64,000 bases of DNA. It comes from an uncultured Verrucomicrobiae bacterium. GTDB lineage: Bacteria; Verrucomicrobiota; Verrucomicrobiia; Limisphaerales; UBA1096. Where the stretch lies: assembly GCA_937770485.1 (NCBI GenBank), contig CALJHX010000023.1:25772-89771 (forward strand). Reading direction: 5' to 3'. Below are positions 38,138 to 48,108 of the stretch, one piece after another (position 1 is the first letter of the stretch; each line of letters starts with the position of its first letter). The notes beneath the pieces are model-generated. The model was not told the origin of the DNA and did no database searches. It saw nothing but the letters and a program-made list of their open reading frames with translations. The position numbers and the translations under genes were made by a program.

Positions 38138-40846
38138 ATGTTCCGGCTAAAAGGTCTTCCTGATTCGGCTGTCCAGAGCGTCTTGTTGATTGCCGTTTGG
38201 CTTTCGCTTGGCTTGTTTGGCAATGGGGTCATCGCTCAGGAAGGAAAGCCGTATGGTTTGGCCAAGCGCGAGCCTTGGGAAAACACCCGCTTCGTCGGCA
38301 CGCCCGAGCCACCGTTGCCGTACACGGTAGGACAGGTGTTCACAAATCAAGTTTGGGATGCGCCGATATTCATCGCCCCCGAGCCGAGCAGTGACCAGTT
38401 GTTTGCGTTGCTGCACGAGTCGAGCGGGAAGCCAACTGAGTTGGTAGTTTTCCGTGATGAGCCGAAGGCAGCGGAGCGAACCCAACTAATCGAGTTGCGT
38501 GGGCGCATTGCTTACTCGTTCTGTTTCGATCCGGATTACGCGGACAACGGACAGATTTACCTGTTCAGCAACCTGCGAATGGACAAGTTCGACGGCAGCA
38601 AGGCGAACCGGATTTCACGGTTCGTCGTCCGGCGTGAACCGGAGTGGTCGGTCGATCCCGCAAGTGAGCACGTCATCATCGAGTGGCTGTCCCGCGGGCA
38701 TGACGGCGGTGGCATCGCGTTCGGCCACGATGGCATGCTCTATATTTCGACCGGCGATGGCACGAGCGACTCCGACAAATGGTTGTCGGGCCAGACACTA
38801 GATGACCTTCTCGGCAGTGTGCTGCGCATCGATATCCGGGACAGCACGCCGGAAAAGCCGTACGCAATCCCCTCGGATAATCCGTTTGTAAAACTGCCAA
38901 ACGCACGACTCGAGTTGTTCGCCTACGGCCTGCGCAACCCGTGGCGGCTTACCGTTGACAAGCTGACCGGGCAGGTTTGGGTTGGCAACAACGGGCAGGA
39001 TTTGTGGGAGTCGGTACATCTGGTTCGGCCCGGCGAAAACTACGGCTGGAGTGTTTACGAGGGGAGCCACCCGTTTTACATCAACCGCAAGCTGGGGCCG
39101 CATCCGCTTACGTTGCCGACGGCCGAGCATCCGCACTCGGAGGCGCGTTCGATCACTGGCGGTGTGGTTTATTACGGGGCGAAGTGGCCGGATTTGCGCG
39201 GGCACTACATTTACGGTGACTACGAGACCGGTAAGATTTGGGGCATCAAGCACGACGGCGAGCAGGTGGTGTCGCATCGGGAACTGGCAGATACCTCACT
39301 CGCGATCGCCGGGTTCGCGACGACGAACACCGGCGAGTTGCTAGTTGTCGACCACTCGAGCGGCTTTTACCGACTGATACCCCAGCCGAGAATAAGGCAG
39401 TCGGCACCGTTCCCGACGAGCTTGAGCGAGACCGGCTTGTTCGCCGACATCGAGGCGCACAAAATGAAGCCAGGGGTGGTTGACTACTCGGTGATCGCCT
39501 CTGGTTGGAATGACGGAGCTTTGGTCAAGCGATGGATGGCGGTTCCCGGCGACGAGCGGATTGGGTACGATCGAGGCGGCGCGTGGCAGTTCCCGAACGG
39601 CACGGCGTTGGTACAGACGCTCTCAGTCGAGCGGGAGGATCATCGCGGCTTGGCCGCGCCGTTCCGGGTGGAGAGCCGAATCATGCTGCGCCAGCAGAAC
39701 GAGTGGGTCGGCTACTCGTACCGTTGGAACGAGGCACAAACCAACGCCGAGTTGGTCGGCCCCGCCGGGGCCAAGGCGATCTTTCGCGTGGCCGATGCCA
39801 AGTCGCCCGGACAGTTTCGGCGGCAGGACTGGGTGTTCCCAAGCCGAGCCGACTGCATGGTCTGCCACAGTCGGGCGGGCGGGTTTATCCTCGGCATCAC
39901 CGGTGCGAATATGAACCGCGAACACACCTACGGCGCGATCACGGACAGCCAAGTTCGGACGCTGTCGCATGTCGGGTTTTTTCACAACGCCTCGCAAGGC
40001 CGGCCCCCCCGGGGCGGCGCACTGGTCGATCCGTATGATGAGAGTGAGGACTTGGAGCGTCGCGTGCGCTCGTATCTGCATATTAACTGCGCTGGCTGCC
40101 ACGTCCGATCCGGCGGCGGCAACTCGATGATGGAACTTGGCCTTGCCAACTCGCCGCGCAAAATGCACCTCATCGAGGCGCGGCCGCAGCACGACACATT
40201 CGGCATTGCCAATGCCATGCTTGTCGCACCCGGTGCGCCGGGGCAGTCGGTGCTGTTACAGCGGATGAACCGCCGGGGCAGGGGACAGATGCCGCCGTTG
40301 GTCTCGGGCGCGGTCGATCATGCGGCAGTCGAGCTGTTTCGCGAGTGGATCAGCGGGATGAAGCCAAGCGCTGTTTTTGTCAAGAACTGGAAGATGGCCG
40401 ACCTCGAGCCGGCGTTGAGTGAGCTGAGTGAAGTTCGTTCGTTGGCTGTTGGCGAGCGGGCGTACGACAAGGCGGGTTGCGCGCAGTGTCATCGCTTCGA
40501 GGGGCGCGGCGGCAGCGTCGGCCCCGATCTGACCGGCTTGGCCAAGCGCATGAATCCGCGCGCCGTGCTTGAGTCGATCCTTGACCCGTCGCGAACCATC
40601 GCTGAGGAGTACATGATGGAACAGTTCAGCATGAGCGACGGCGCCGTGCACCTTGGCCAAGTGCAGGAAGAGACTGATACCGTGATGCGGTTGCGAAGTT
40701 TGTCAGCGACGGCGGCACCGGTCACCCTAGCCAAGGCACTCATCGAGAGCCGCAAAAAATTGAACCTCTCCAACATGCCGCCCGGCATGGTGAATACACT
40801 CACAAAGAAACAAATCCTCGACCTCGTGGCCTACTTGCTGAAGTAA
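38138..40846 (+). CDS. Sorbosone/glucose dehydrogenase-like beta-propeller fused to haem-binding (CxxCH) domains
   Basis: It has a signal peptide, an SGDH-type motif (AYGLRNPWRLTVDKLTGQVWVGNNGQD...GENYGWSVYEG) and three CxxCH sites (CMVCH, CAGCH, CAQCH). The start is set at the ATG at 38138; a GTG at 38117 is also possible. Confidence 0.7.
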   Translation: MFRLKGLPDSAVQSVLLIAVWLSLGLFGNGVIAQEGKPYGLAKREPWENTRFVGTPEPPLPYTVGQVFTNQVWDAPIFIAPEPSSDQLFALLHESSGKPTELVVFRDEPKAAERTQLIELRGRIAYSFCFDPDYADNGQIYLFSNLRMDKFDGSKANRISRFVVRREPEWSVDPASEHVIIEWLSRGHDGGGIAFGHDGMLYISTGDGTSDSDKWLSGQTLDDLLGSVLRIDIRDSTPEKPYAIPSDNPFVKLPNARLELFAYGLRNPWRLTVDKLTGQVWVGNNGQDLWESVHLVRPGENYGWSVYEGSHPFYINRKLGPHPLTLPTAEHPHSEARSITGGVVYYGAKWPDLRGHYIYGDYETGKIWGIKHDGEQVVSHRELADTSLAIAGFATTNTGELLVVDHSSGFYRLIPQPRIRQSAPFPTSLSETGLFADIEAHKMKPGVVDYSVIASGWNDGALVKRWMAVPGDERIGYDRGGAWQFPNGTALVQTLSVEREDHRGLAAPFRVESRIMLRQQNEWVGYSYRWNEAQTNAELVGPAGAKAIFRVADAKSPGQFRRQDWVFPSRADCMVCHSRAGGFILGITGANMNREHTYGAITDSQVRTLSHVGFFHNASQGRPPRGGALVDPYDESEDLERRVRSYLHINCAGCHVRSGGGNSMMELGLANSPRKMHLIEARPQHDTFGIANAMLVAPGAPGQSVLLQRMNRRGRGQMPPLVSGAVDHAAVELFREWISGMKPSAVFVKNWKMADLEPALSELSEVRSLAVGERAYDKAGCAQCHRFEGRGGSVGPDLTGLAKRMNPRAVLESILDPSRTIAEEYMMEQFSMSDGAVHLGQVQEETDTVMRLRSLSATAAPVTLAKALIESRKKLNLSNMPPGMVNTLTKKQILDLVAYLLK

Positions 40847-40881
40847 TTTTTAAAGCCGAGCCTCTTAATTGCTATTGATCG

Positions 40882-42438
40882 TTAAGACTTGATCTTCGGA
40901 TCCCCGAGTTGGGGGAATTTGTGGAGTACAGACTTGGGAACAGTGTAGGGCCAGCCTTCATTTTGCTGGCGCGGGCCGGGGGTGGTGCGGCCGTTGCGGA
41001 AGGCTTTGGCGAGGTCGGCGGCGAGTTCTTTTACCTTGTCCGGATATTTGGCTTGGAGGTTTTTGGATTCGTTGGGGTCACTGGTGAGGTCGTAAAGCTG
41101 CAGCATCGGCAGCTTTTGTTTTGCGGCCTCGGCCTCACGCGGAGGGCTCCAGCCGCCGGAACCTCTGCACAGTAGCAGCTTCCACTGGCCCTTGCGGATA
41201 GCGAAGTGACCGCTCCCCGAGTGATGAATCACGACGTCATGCAGCGGCTTCTCAATCTTTCCCCCGCGCAACACCGGCAGCAGATTCACGCTGTCCTCGG
41301 CGGTATTGGCGGAGAGTTCGGTGCCGAGAATACCGGCGCAGCTGGCCATGATGTCGGTGAGTACGATGGTCTCGTCGCTGCGTGTGCCCGGCTTGACGTG
41401 CCCGGGCCAGCGTACGATGAACGGCACGCGATGACCGCCCTCGTAGGCATCGGCCTTCCAGCCGCGCCAGTTGGCATTGAGATGGACGCCCGCGGCATCG
41501 AGCTGCGGGAAGTTTGCCTGGGGCGAGGTGCCGTTGTCGCACGTGAAGAATACCACCGTGTTGTCCGCCTGGCCGGTTTCATCCAGCGCCTTCATGATTT
41601 CGCCCACGGCCCAGTCAGATTCGACGAGAAAATCGGCGTAGGGGCTGATGCCGGTGATGCCCTTGAACTTGCCGCCCGGAGCGATGGGCGTGTGCGGCGA
41701 AGGCATCGGGAAATAGAGGAAGAACGGTTGCTCCTTTGTTTTGCGGCCACGGACGTATTCCGCGCAACGCTTTCCGTACTCGAGCAGAACGGCTGAGAAA
41801 TCCCAGTCGGCCACCGCCGGCCCGGCGGAAACGCCGACCATCGTGCCTTGTTTCATCTGTGCGGTGGGGTTGCCAATGAGGCGCTCGTTTTCACGCCACG
41901 CGTAGGGCGGCCAGTTTGGCACGTCATCCCCAAAGTAGTAGTCGAAGCCGTGGCTGTTCGGCCCGCCATTGATGGGTTTGGTGAAATCGATCTCGTCGAG
42001 TTTGGGGGTGACGCCGCCCCCCTTCTTCGGCCAATGCCAGCCAAGATGCCATTTACCAATCATGCACGTGGCGTAGCCTTGCGCGCGAAACATTTCCGGC
42101 AACGTAAGGCGGGCATCGGCGATGAGCGGGCGCTCCCATTTCCCCACGATGCCGCGCTTGAGACGGCTACGCCAATTGTACCTCCCCGTCAGCACCCCGT
42201 AACGCGTGGGCGAGCACACGCCGGACGTGGAGTGCGCGTCCATGAAACTCATCCCCTCGCTTGCGAGTCGGTCAATCGCTGGCGTCTTCATGCCCATTTT
42301 CGGATTGAAAGCGGAAACGGAGTCGATGCCCATGTCATCGCCCAGAATGACGATGACATTCGGTTGAGGGGCGGCTGCGGCTCGGAAAGTCCCGATCAGA
42401 ACAGTCGCCGTGATGGCTAGTGTGATAGTGTGTTTCAT
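40882..42438 (-). CDS. Arylsulfatase (formylglycine-dependent, S1 family)
   Basis: A signal peptide and the sulfatase signature SGVCSPTRYGVLTGRY (CxPxR), over 518 aa. Confidence 0.88.
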   Translation of the reverse strand: MKHTITLAITATVLIGTFRAAAAPQPNVIVILGDDMGIDSVSAFNPKMGMKTPAIDRLASEGMSFMDAHSTSGVCSPTRYGVLTGRYNWRSRLKRGIVGKWERPLIADARLTLPEMFRAQGYATCMIGKWHLGWHWPKKGGGVTPKLDEIDFTKPINGGPNSHGFDYYFGDDVPNWPPYAWRENERLIGNPTAQMKQGTMVGVSAGPAVADWDFSAVLLEYGKRCAEYVRGRKTKEQPFFLYFPMPSPHTPIAPGGKFKGITGISPYADFLVESDWAVGEIMKALDETGQADNTVVFFTCDNGTSPQANFPQLDAAGVHLNANWRGWKADAYEGGHRVPFIVRWPGHVKPGTRSDETIVLTDIMASCAGILGTELSANTAEDSVNLLPVLRGGKIEKPLHDVVIHHSGSGHFAIRKGQWKLLLCRGSGGWSPPREAEAAKQKLPMLQLYDLTSDPNESKNLQAKYPDKVKELAADLAKAFRNGRTTPGPRQQNEGWPYTVPKSVLHKFPQLGDPKIKS

Positions 42439-42704
42439 GGTCGTTCGATGTTGATGGTTCGTCCCGGCAATGAGGGCGAGTGAATTTCGTGGATGGTTCC
42501 GTCTCTGCTTTCGACGACGAACACGCCGCCGATTCTCGCGTTAATTTCTGTCCTGTCGCCCGGCTTCACCACGGTTGGCCGGCGGCTTCGTTGGCCGCGC
42601 GGGGTGATGGCGTACACCTTGATTTCCGTGTCGGTTTTGTTGGCGATGAGCAGCGGGGCGGGTTGGCGGCCGCGGTTGGGGTTGGAATGCACGGAGGGCA
42701 CCAT
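42435..42704 (-). CDS. Small hypothetical beta-rich protein or domain (tentatively VHL-beta-domain-like)
   Basis: The ATG at 42704 gives 89 aa: ...LLIANKTDTEIKVYAITPRGQRSRRPTVVKPGDRTEINARIGGVFVVESRDG... Its stop overlaps the downstream sulfatase start (ATGA). The family assignment is only my pattern recognition. Confidence 0.3.
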   Translation of the reverse strand: MVPSVHSNPNRGRQPAPLLIANKTDTEIKVYAITPRGQRSRRPTVVKPGDRTEINARIGGVFVVESRDGTIHEIHSPSLPGRTINIERP

Positions 42705-43383
42705 CTGCAACGGGCGACGTGGATGGGTTTTTAACAAGCGCGAGGAAGAACGGTTTCTCCGCTTGGCCAAGCCGCCGCAGGTCTTCGATGGCCATGTTCG
42801 TATGCGCGCCGTCCACCAGTTGGTGGTCGTCAATCACCGGCGCGGCGGTGGCCGGGCCACGCAGATTGTTCTTTCGCCAGTCGTTGTCGGGCAGCTTGGC
42901 CTGCACCTCGCGGATACGCGCCTGCCAGCCCTTGGCATAACACCGTTGGAATTTAATGGGCCGGATTGGTTCGCTCCACGACTGCGGGTCGGGCGTCGGG
43001 TTATGATAAATCTTCCCGTGCCCCACCGCCGTGTAGCCGTGCCGGCGCAGCCACTGCGGTAGCGTCACCACATTGGGCTTGGCCTCGCGGAAATGAATCG
43101 GCAGCGTCCACACCCCCAGCGTGTCCGGCCGCTGCCCCGTCATCAGGCTCGCTCGCGAGGGATTGCAGACGGCCACCTGGCAGTGCGCTTGGTCAAACCG
43201 CACCCCGCGCTTGGCCAAGCGGTCGAGGTTCGGCGTGATCGCATGGCCGTCCCCATAGCAACCAATGGCCGGTCGCAAATCATCCACCGCGATGAAGAGA
43301 ATATTGGTCTTGGGCGCACTGGCCGCAGTAATGGTGCCCAACAACAGGGCGGCGGCACATTTTGCGGAACAAGGGAGACTCAT
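42541..43383 (-). pseudogene. Sulfatase remnant (N-terminal about 215 aa only)
   Basis: A signal peptide, the CxPxR signature VAVCNPSRASLMTGQRP and family-like sequence up to ...AEKPFFLALV. After that the frame runs into low-complexity P/R-rich sequence. A sulfatase of this type is normally about 450-550 aa, and only about 300 bp remain before the next gene. Confidence 0.55.
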
Positions 43384-43411
43384 CTTATTGCCGGATGCAA
43401 AATTCGCAGGA

Positions 43412-44851
43412 TTAAGGTTTCCATGGATCCTTCGTTTTGCTCAACCAAGGCTGGAGTTCTTGCTCGATGAGTTGTCTCACAAGCTTCGGTCGTTCGGCCG
43501 CGATGTTCTTCAACTGCCATGAGTCGGCCTGGTTGTCGTGCAGATAGCGCTGTTCCGTGCCGTCTTCCTGTTTCTCGATGCGAAGGGTGTAGCGGTGAGT
43601 GCGCACGCCGCGACTTCCTTGGTCCCGTGGCACGTAGCCTATCTTCAAGTACAGTTGCGATGTGGGGCGTTGGCCTTTCCCGGTGCGAAACAGCCGTGAG
43701 TAATCCGTACCCTCTACCTTCTCCGGGATGTCCCGCCCAAACCCCATGAGACTGAGCAGGGTGGGGTACACGTCCGGCACGGAAAAGAGAAGGTCATCCT
43801 TGCGCACCGGAATTTTTCCGGGCCAACGAATCAGGAACGGAATCCGCATGGACTCCTCGTAGTGGTTGTTCTTGGAAACCTGGTTGTGTGACCCGATGCA
43901 GTTGCCGTGATCGGAGGTGAAAACGACGATCGTGTTCCGCGCAAGGTTTGCGTCCCTCAATGCCTTCAGGATGCGCCCAAACTGATCATCGACGCCGGTC
44001 ATCATCGCGTAGTAATTCCGTGTGTGGGCACGGGCCAGTTGCGCGAACTTGTCCCTGCCCATGATGTTTACGTTTCCGCGCGTCACGATTTGCTCCATCG
44101 ATTTCCCCTCGTATGCCTTTAGGTACCGCTTGGGGAACGCTGTGTAGGGCATGTGCGGCGGATTCATCGATACCACGCAGGCAAAAGGCCGGCGGGCCGC
44201 CGCCGTTTCGCGGATGAACTCGATGGCCTTGTCCGCCTCGTGTTCCGGACCCCATTGGTTCACACGCAACGGCTTGTCGCGCGGCGTGTCGTTGGCCCAG
44301 TAGAGCGGGTTCATGTGGTGATCAAACGTGTTGTAGCCATACCAGAAATCAAAGCCATGCCGACGGGCCGGTGGCGTCCATTCGTTCCACGCAAAAGTGT
44401 CGCTGTTGTTTTCGCATTTCACGTACGGTTTGCGTGGTGACTCGAGGTGCCATTTTCCAATCCAGGCCTGCCGGTAGCCGCGGTCGTACAAGACATCGGA
44501 CCAGCAGAGCGCGTTTTTACGGAGTTCGTAACCCAGTTGGGCGCCGCGTGAGTTGCTGTTGCCGAGCACGCCGTTGTTGATCGGATACCGGCCGGTCATC
44601 AGCATGGCCCGATACGGACTGCAAACAGGGTAGTTGCTGACGGCTTGAGGCAACACCAGCCCCTCGGAGGAAAAACGGTCAAGATTGGGCGTCACCACCG
44701 GATCTTCACCAAGGAATCCCAGCGCTTGGCCGCGCCACTGGTCAGCGAGCACGAACAACAGGTTGGGCGGTGATGGCTTGGTCGGCGCCGAATGGGCCGG
44801 AATAATGAACCACAGACAAGCCAACAGGACGGCAATAAAACGGGTCTTCAT
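43412..44851 (-). CDS. Sulfatase (S1 family)
   Basis: A signal peptide and the signature YPVCSPYRAMLMTGRYP, over 479 aa. Confidence 0.88.
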   Translation of the reverse strand: MKTRFIAVLLACLWFIIPAHSAPTKPSPPNLLFVLADQWRGQALGFLGEDPVVTPNLDRFSSEGLVLPQAVSNYPVCSPYRAMLMTGRYPINNGVLGNSNSRGAQLGYELRKNALCWSDVLYDRGYRQAWIGKWHLESPRKPYVKCENNSDTFAWNEWTPPARRHGFDFWYGYNTFDHHMNPLYWANDTPRDKPLRVNQWGPEHEADKAIEFIRETAAARRPFACVVSMNPPHMPYTAFPKRYLKAYEGKSMEQIVTRGNVNIMGRDKFAQLARAHTRNYYAMMTGVDDQFGRILKALRDANLARNTIVVFTSDHGNCIGSHNQVSKNNHYEESMRIPFLIRWPGKIPVRKDDLLFSVPDVYPTLLSLMGFGRDIPEKVEGTDYSRLFRTGKGQRPTSQLYLKIGYVPRDQGSRGVRTHRYTLRIEKQEDGTEQRYLHDNQADSWQLKNIAAERPKLVRQLIEQELQPWLSKTKDPWKP

Positions 44852-44977
44852 TCTTTTGGAACAGAGTCAGTTGTAAACAGCTGCGACGGTTCCAATGCCG
44901 TGCCTTCCTGGCGTGATTTGGTGGCGCCTTTATTCACTGGGAGTGTGACATCGAGATTGTCGGTGAGCATTCTTACT

Positions 44978-46423
44978 TTAAGCCAAAATTTGTTTCACCA
45001 CCTTACCGTGGACGTCGGTGAGGCGGAAGTAGCGGCCCTGGTAGCGGTAGGTGAGCCGTTCGTGGTCGATGCCGAGTTGGTGCAGGATGGTGGCTTGCAG
45101 GTCGTGGACGTGCACGGGATTTTCAGTAACGTTGACGCTGTAGTCGTCGGTCTCACCGTAGGACATGCCGCCGCGCACGCCGCCGCCGGCCATCCAGTAA
45201 GTGAAACAGTTTGGGTGATGGTCGCGGCCGTAAACCTGCTTAGTCAGCTTGCCCTGGCAGTAGATCGTGCGGCCGAACTCGCCGCCCCAGACGACGAGTG
45301 TGTCGTCGAGCATGCCGCGCTGCTTGAGGTCGAGCAGCAGCGCGGCGGTGGGCCGGTCGGTGTCGCGGCACTGGGCGGGCACCTCTTTGGGGGCGTTGTT
45401 GTGGGCGTCCCAGCCGCGATGGTAAAGCTGGATGAAGCGCACGCCGCGCTCGGCCAGGCGGCGGGCGAGCAGGCAGTTGTAGGCGTATTTGCCCACCTTC
45501 GTGGCGTCGGGGCCGTATTGGTCGAGGATGTGCTGCGGTTCGCGCTGGACGTCGATCAGTTCCGGCACGCTCATCTGCATGCGGAACGCCAGCTCATACT
45601 GCGCTATGCGCGTGGCGATGGCGGGATCGTTAAACCGGCCGGCCTGGTCGCGGTTGAGTTTGCCGAGCGCATCGAGCATGCGGCGGCGCTGGGCGCGCGT
45701 GACGCCGGCGGGATTGTAAAGGTCGAGAATTGGATCGCCCTGGCCGCGGAATTTCACCCCCTGGAATCGCCCTGGCAAAAAGCCCGCGCCCCACAGCCGG
45801 TCGTAGAGAGGCTGACCGGCCTTGGCCCGTCCGTTGGAGGTCAGCGCCACGAACGCGGGCAGGTTGGCGTTCCCGCTGCCGAGCCCGTAGCTCACCCAAG
45901 CGCCCATGCTCGGCCGGCCGGGGAGCACCGAGCCGGTCTGGAACAGCGTTGCGGCCGGGTCGTGGTTGATGGCGTCGGTGTGCATGCTCTTGATCACGCA
46001 CACATCGTCGATGACTTGGGCCAGGTGGTGCAGCGGCTCGCTCAGCCAAGTGCCGGCCTGGCCGTGGCGGGTGAACTTGAGCGTACTCGGGGCACAGGGG
46101 AACGAGGCTTGGCCGGAGGTCATCGTGGTCTTGCGCTCGGCCGGGTAAATGGACTCGGGCACTTCCTCCCCGAAGCGCTTGGCCAAGTGCGGCTTGTAGT
46201 CGAAGAGATCCATCTGCGACGGGCCGCCGGACTGGAAAAGATAAATCACCCGCTTGGCCTTGGGCGCGAAGTGCGGCAGATCGGCCTGGCCACCGATGGC
46301 GTTGGGCTTGGCCGCCTGCGCGTTGAGCAGCGAGCCAAGCGCGATGCCGCCCAGTCCGAGCGTGCCTCGCCCAAGGAAGGCACGGCGAGTGTGTTGCGTG
46401 TGGAGTTCGGTCAGTGGGTTCAT
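44978..46423 (-). CDS. DUF1501 domain protein (sulfatase-fold, Tat signal)
   Basis: It has [21 protein letters not shown], and its length and sequence match the DUF1501 family. It closely parallels the paralogue at 52832..54205 (for example ...[29 protein letters not shown]). Confidence 0.88.
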   Translation of the reverse strand: [481 protein letters not shown]

Positions 46424-46820
46424 GTCAGTTTTGCATGATGCTAAAAACCTGAATTATAACCTGTTTTTTAAAGCTTTTTTGAAAATCTGAATTTTCAATC
46501 ACACTTTTTAAAGCCATCGAGGTTGCCTCTGTATTCATCCAATGAATCGTGCTCGATGTTGGTGCAGACCGAAGGCTTGCCCCTAACCTCTGAAAATGGA
46601 ATCCACCAAAATTCATTGCGCGGAATCAGTACCAAGTCTAAATAGCTACAATCGGCCTCTGAGTAAAGCTTAGAGGCCGCTCCGATTACCCCTTCTGGCT
46701 GACCTGCTCGTATGCTTTCGGTTCAGCCATCAACCCTTAGTTTTTAAGGTTGAAGGCATTTAGCGGCAACAGTTAAAACGGGTTGAAAACTCCGCTCAAC
46801 GGGGTGACAGTTCCCTCGCT

Positions 46821-48035
46821 ATGAAATCAATCCTACTAACAACTATAGCAGCCGTGGTTATGTTGCTATTCGGCGGGGTTAATGAGGTTAATGGGGATCC
46901 TTTGACGTACAAGGTTAAGGGAGAAACAGTTTCCGTTGTTAAATGTGATGAAAACGCCTCTGGAGAGGTGGTGATTCGCTCTTCCTATGCGGAGAAACCG
47001 GTCACCAGCATTGGGAAGAGTGCCTTCAGTGCCTGCAGTAGGCTGACGAGCGTAACGATCCCCGACAGCGTCACCAGCATTGGGAGATCGTGCCTTCCGA
47101 TACTGCAGTAAGCTGACGAGCGTGACGATCCGCGACAGCGTCACCAGCATTGAGGGGTGGACATTCGATTACTGCGGTAGCCTGACCAGCGTTAGATCCC
47201 CGAGAGCGTCACCAGCATTGGGAAGAAGGCCTTCGCTCACTGCAGTAGTCTGACGAGCGTGACGATTGGCAACAGCGTCACCAGCATTGGGAATTTGGCC
47301 TTCTATGACAGCGTTAGCCTGACGAGCGTGACGATTCCGGACAGCGTCACCAGCATTGGGAGCAGGGCCTTCGAATACTGTGGTCTGACGAGTGTGATTA
47401 TTGGCGACAGCGTCACCAGCATTGGATCGAATGTCTTCGCTTACTGCAGTAGTCTGATGAGCGTGACGATCCCAGACAGCATCTTAAGGGCTGGGTTCGT
47501 CAGGAGTGTTTTCAACCAGTCAAAAAAACCTGAAAAGCGTGACGATCTCCGGAAGTGTCACCAACATTCCGAAATATGCCTTTAATGGCTGCAGTAGCCT
47601 GACGAGCGTTAGAATCCCCGACAGCGTCACCAGCATTGCGAAATCTGCCTTCTCAAGCTGCAGAAGTCTGACGAGCGTTACTTTTGAAGGTGATGCGCCT
47701 TCACTTGAAGCTAATGTGTTCAGAAACGTATCCGGTAATGCCAAAATATTTATTAACCCGGGTGCAACCGGCTTTGGTGAAACCTTTGGAGGATTACCTG
47801 TTCTGATTCTTGAAAAGGCATTAAGTATTAATGCAGCTAACAAAACCGATTCTCCATTCACTATCAGCTTCGAAACCAAATCAGATTCAACCTACACAAT
47901 TGAAGCTCACGCATGACTTAAAGACAATGGGGCGAGATTGGCGAAGTCCAAGGCACCGGAAGCTCGGTTGAATTCACTGATTGGCGTAAAGCGCTTTTCC
48001 AGAAGCAGTACTATCGGGTGAAGTTGGCAGAGTAA
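46821..48035 (+). pseudogene. BspA-like leucine-rich-repeat (LRR_5-type) surface protein, broken by at least 4 frame changes
   Basis: A signal peptide is followed by repeated ...LTSVTIPDSVTSIG..AF..C.. units. The reading frame jumps at about 47082-47084 (extra G), about 47194 (missing base), the A7 run at 47521-47527 and about 47908-47925. The C-terminal module ...WGEIGEVQGTGSSVEFTDWRKALFQKQYYRVKLAE* ends at 48035. Confidence 0.7.
47001..47660 (+). repeat. About 10 tandem coding repeats with a nominal 69-bp period (LRR units)
   Basis: The anchor GTCACCAGC recurs at 47001, 47070, 47140, 47208, 47277, 47346 and 47412, with degenerate copies near 47555 and 47625. The spacings are 69, 70, 68, 69, 69 and 66 bp. 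Confidence 0.85.
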
Positions 48036-48108
48036 AAACTCAGCTTGATTAGAAAGTTGAAGGCAAATGAAACACCTCCAACAATTTTAGGTGGCGTACA
48101 TACATAAC

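Noticed and set aside
44792-46438. A 548-aa plus-strand ORF
   Set aside because: It is a shadow ORF opposite the DUF1501 gene (44978..46423). The same reasoning applies to many other long antisense ORFs in the track, for example 31271..32191, 55784..56488, 58347..59102, 32776..33552 and 36807..37598.
46425-46616. A 63-aa minus-strand ORF immediately upstream of the DUF1501 gene
   Set aside because: Only its last 5-6 codons resemble a PSD1 C-terminus. The rest is AT-rich island DNA. It is interpreted as a junction artefact rather than a gene.
47001-47660. Regularly spaced repeats that could be mistaken for a CRISPR array
   Set aside because: The units are contiguous (66-70 bp period) with no unique spacers. 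They translate into LRR_5-type leucine-rich repeats, so they are coding repeats, not CRISPR.
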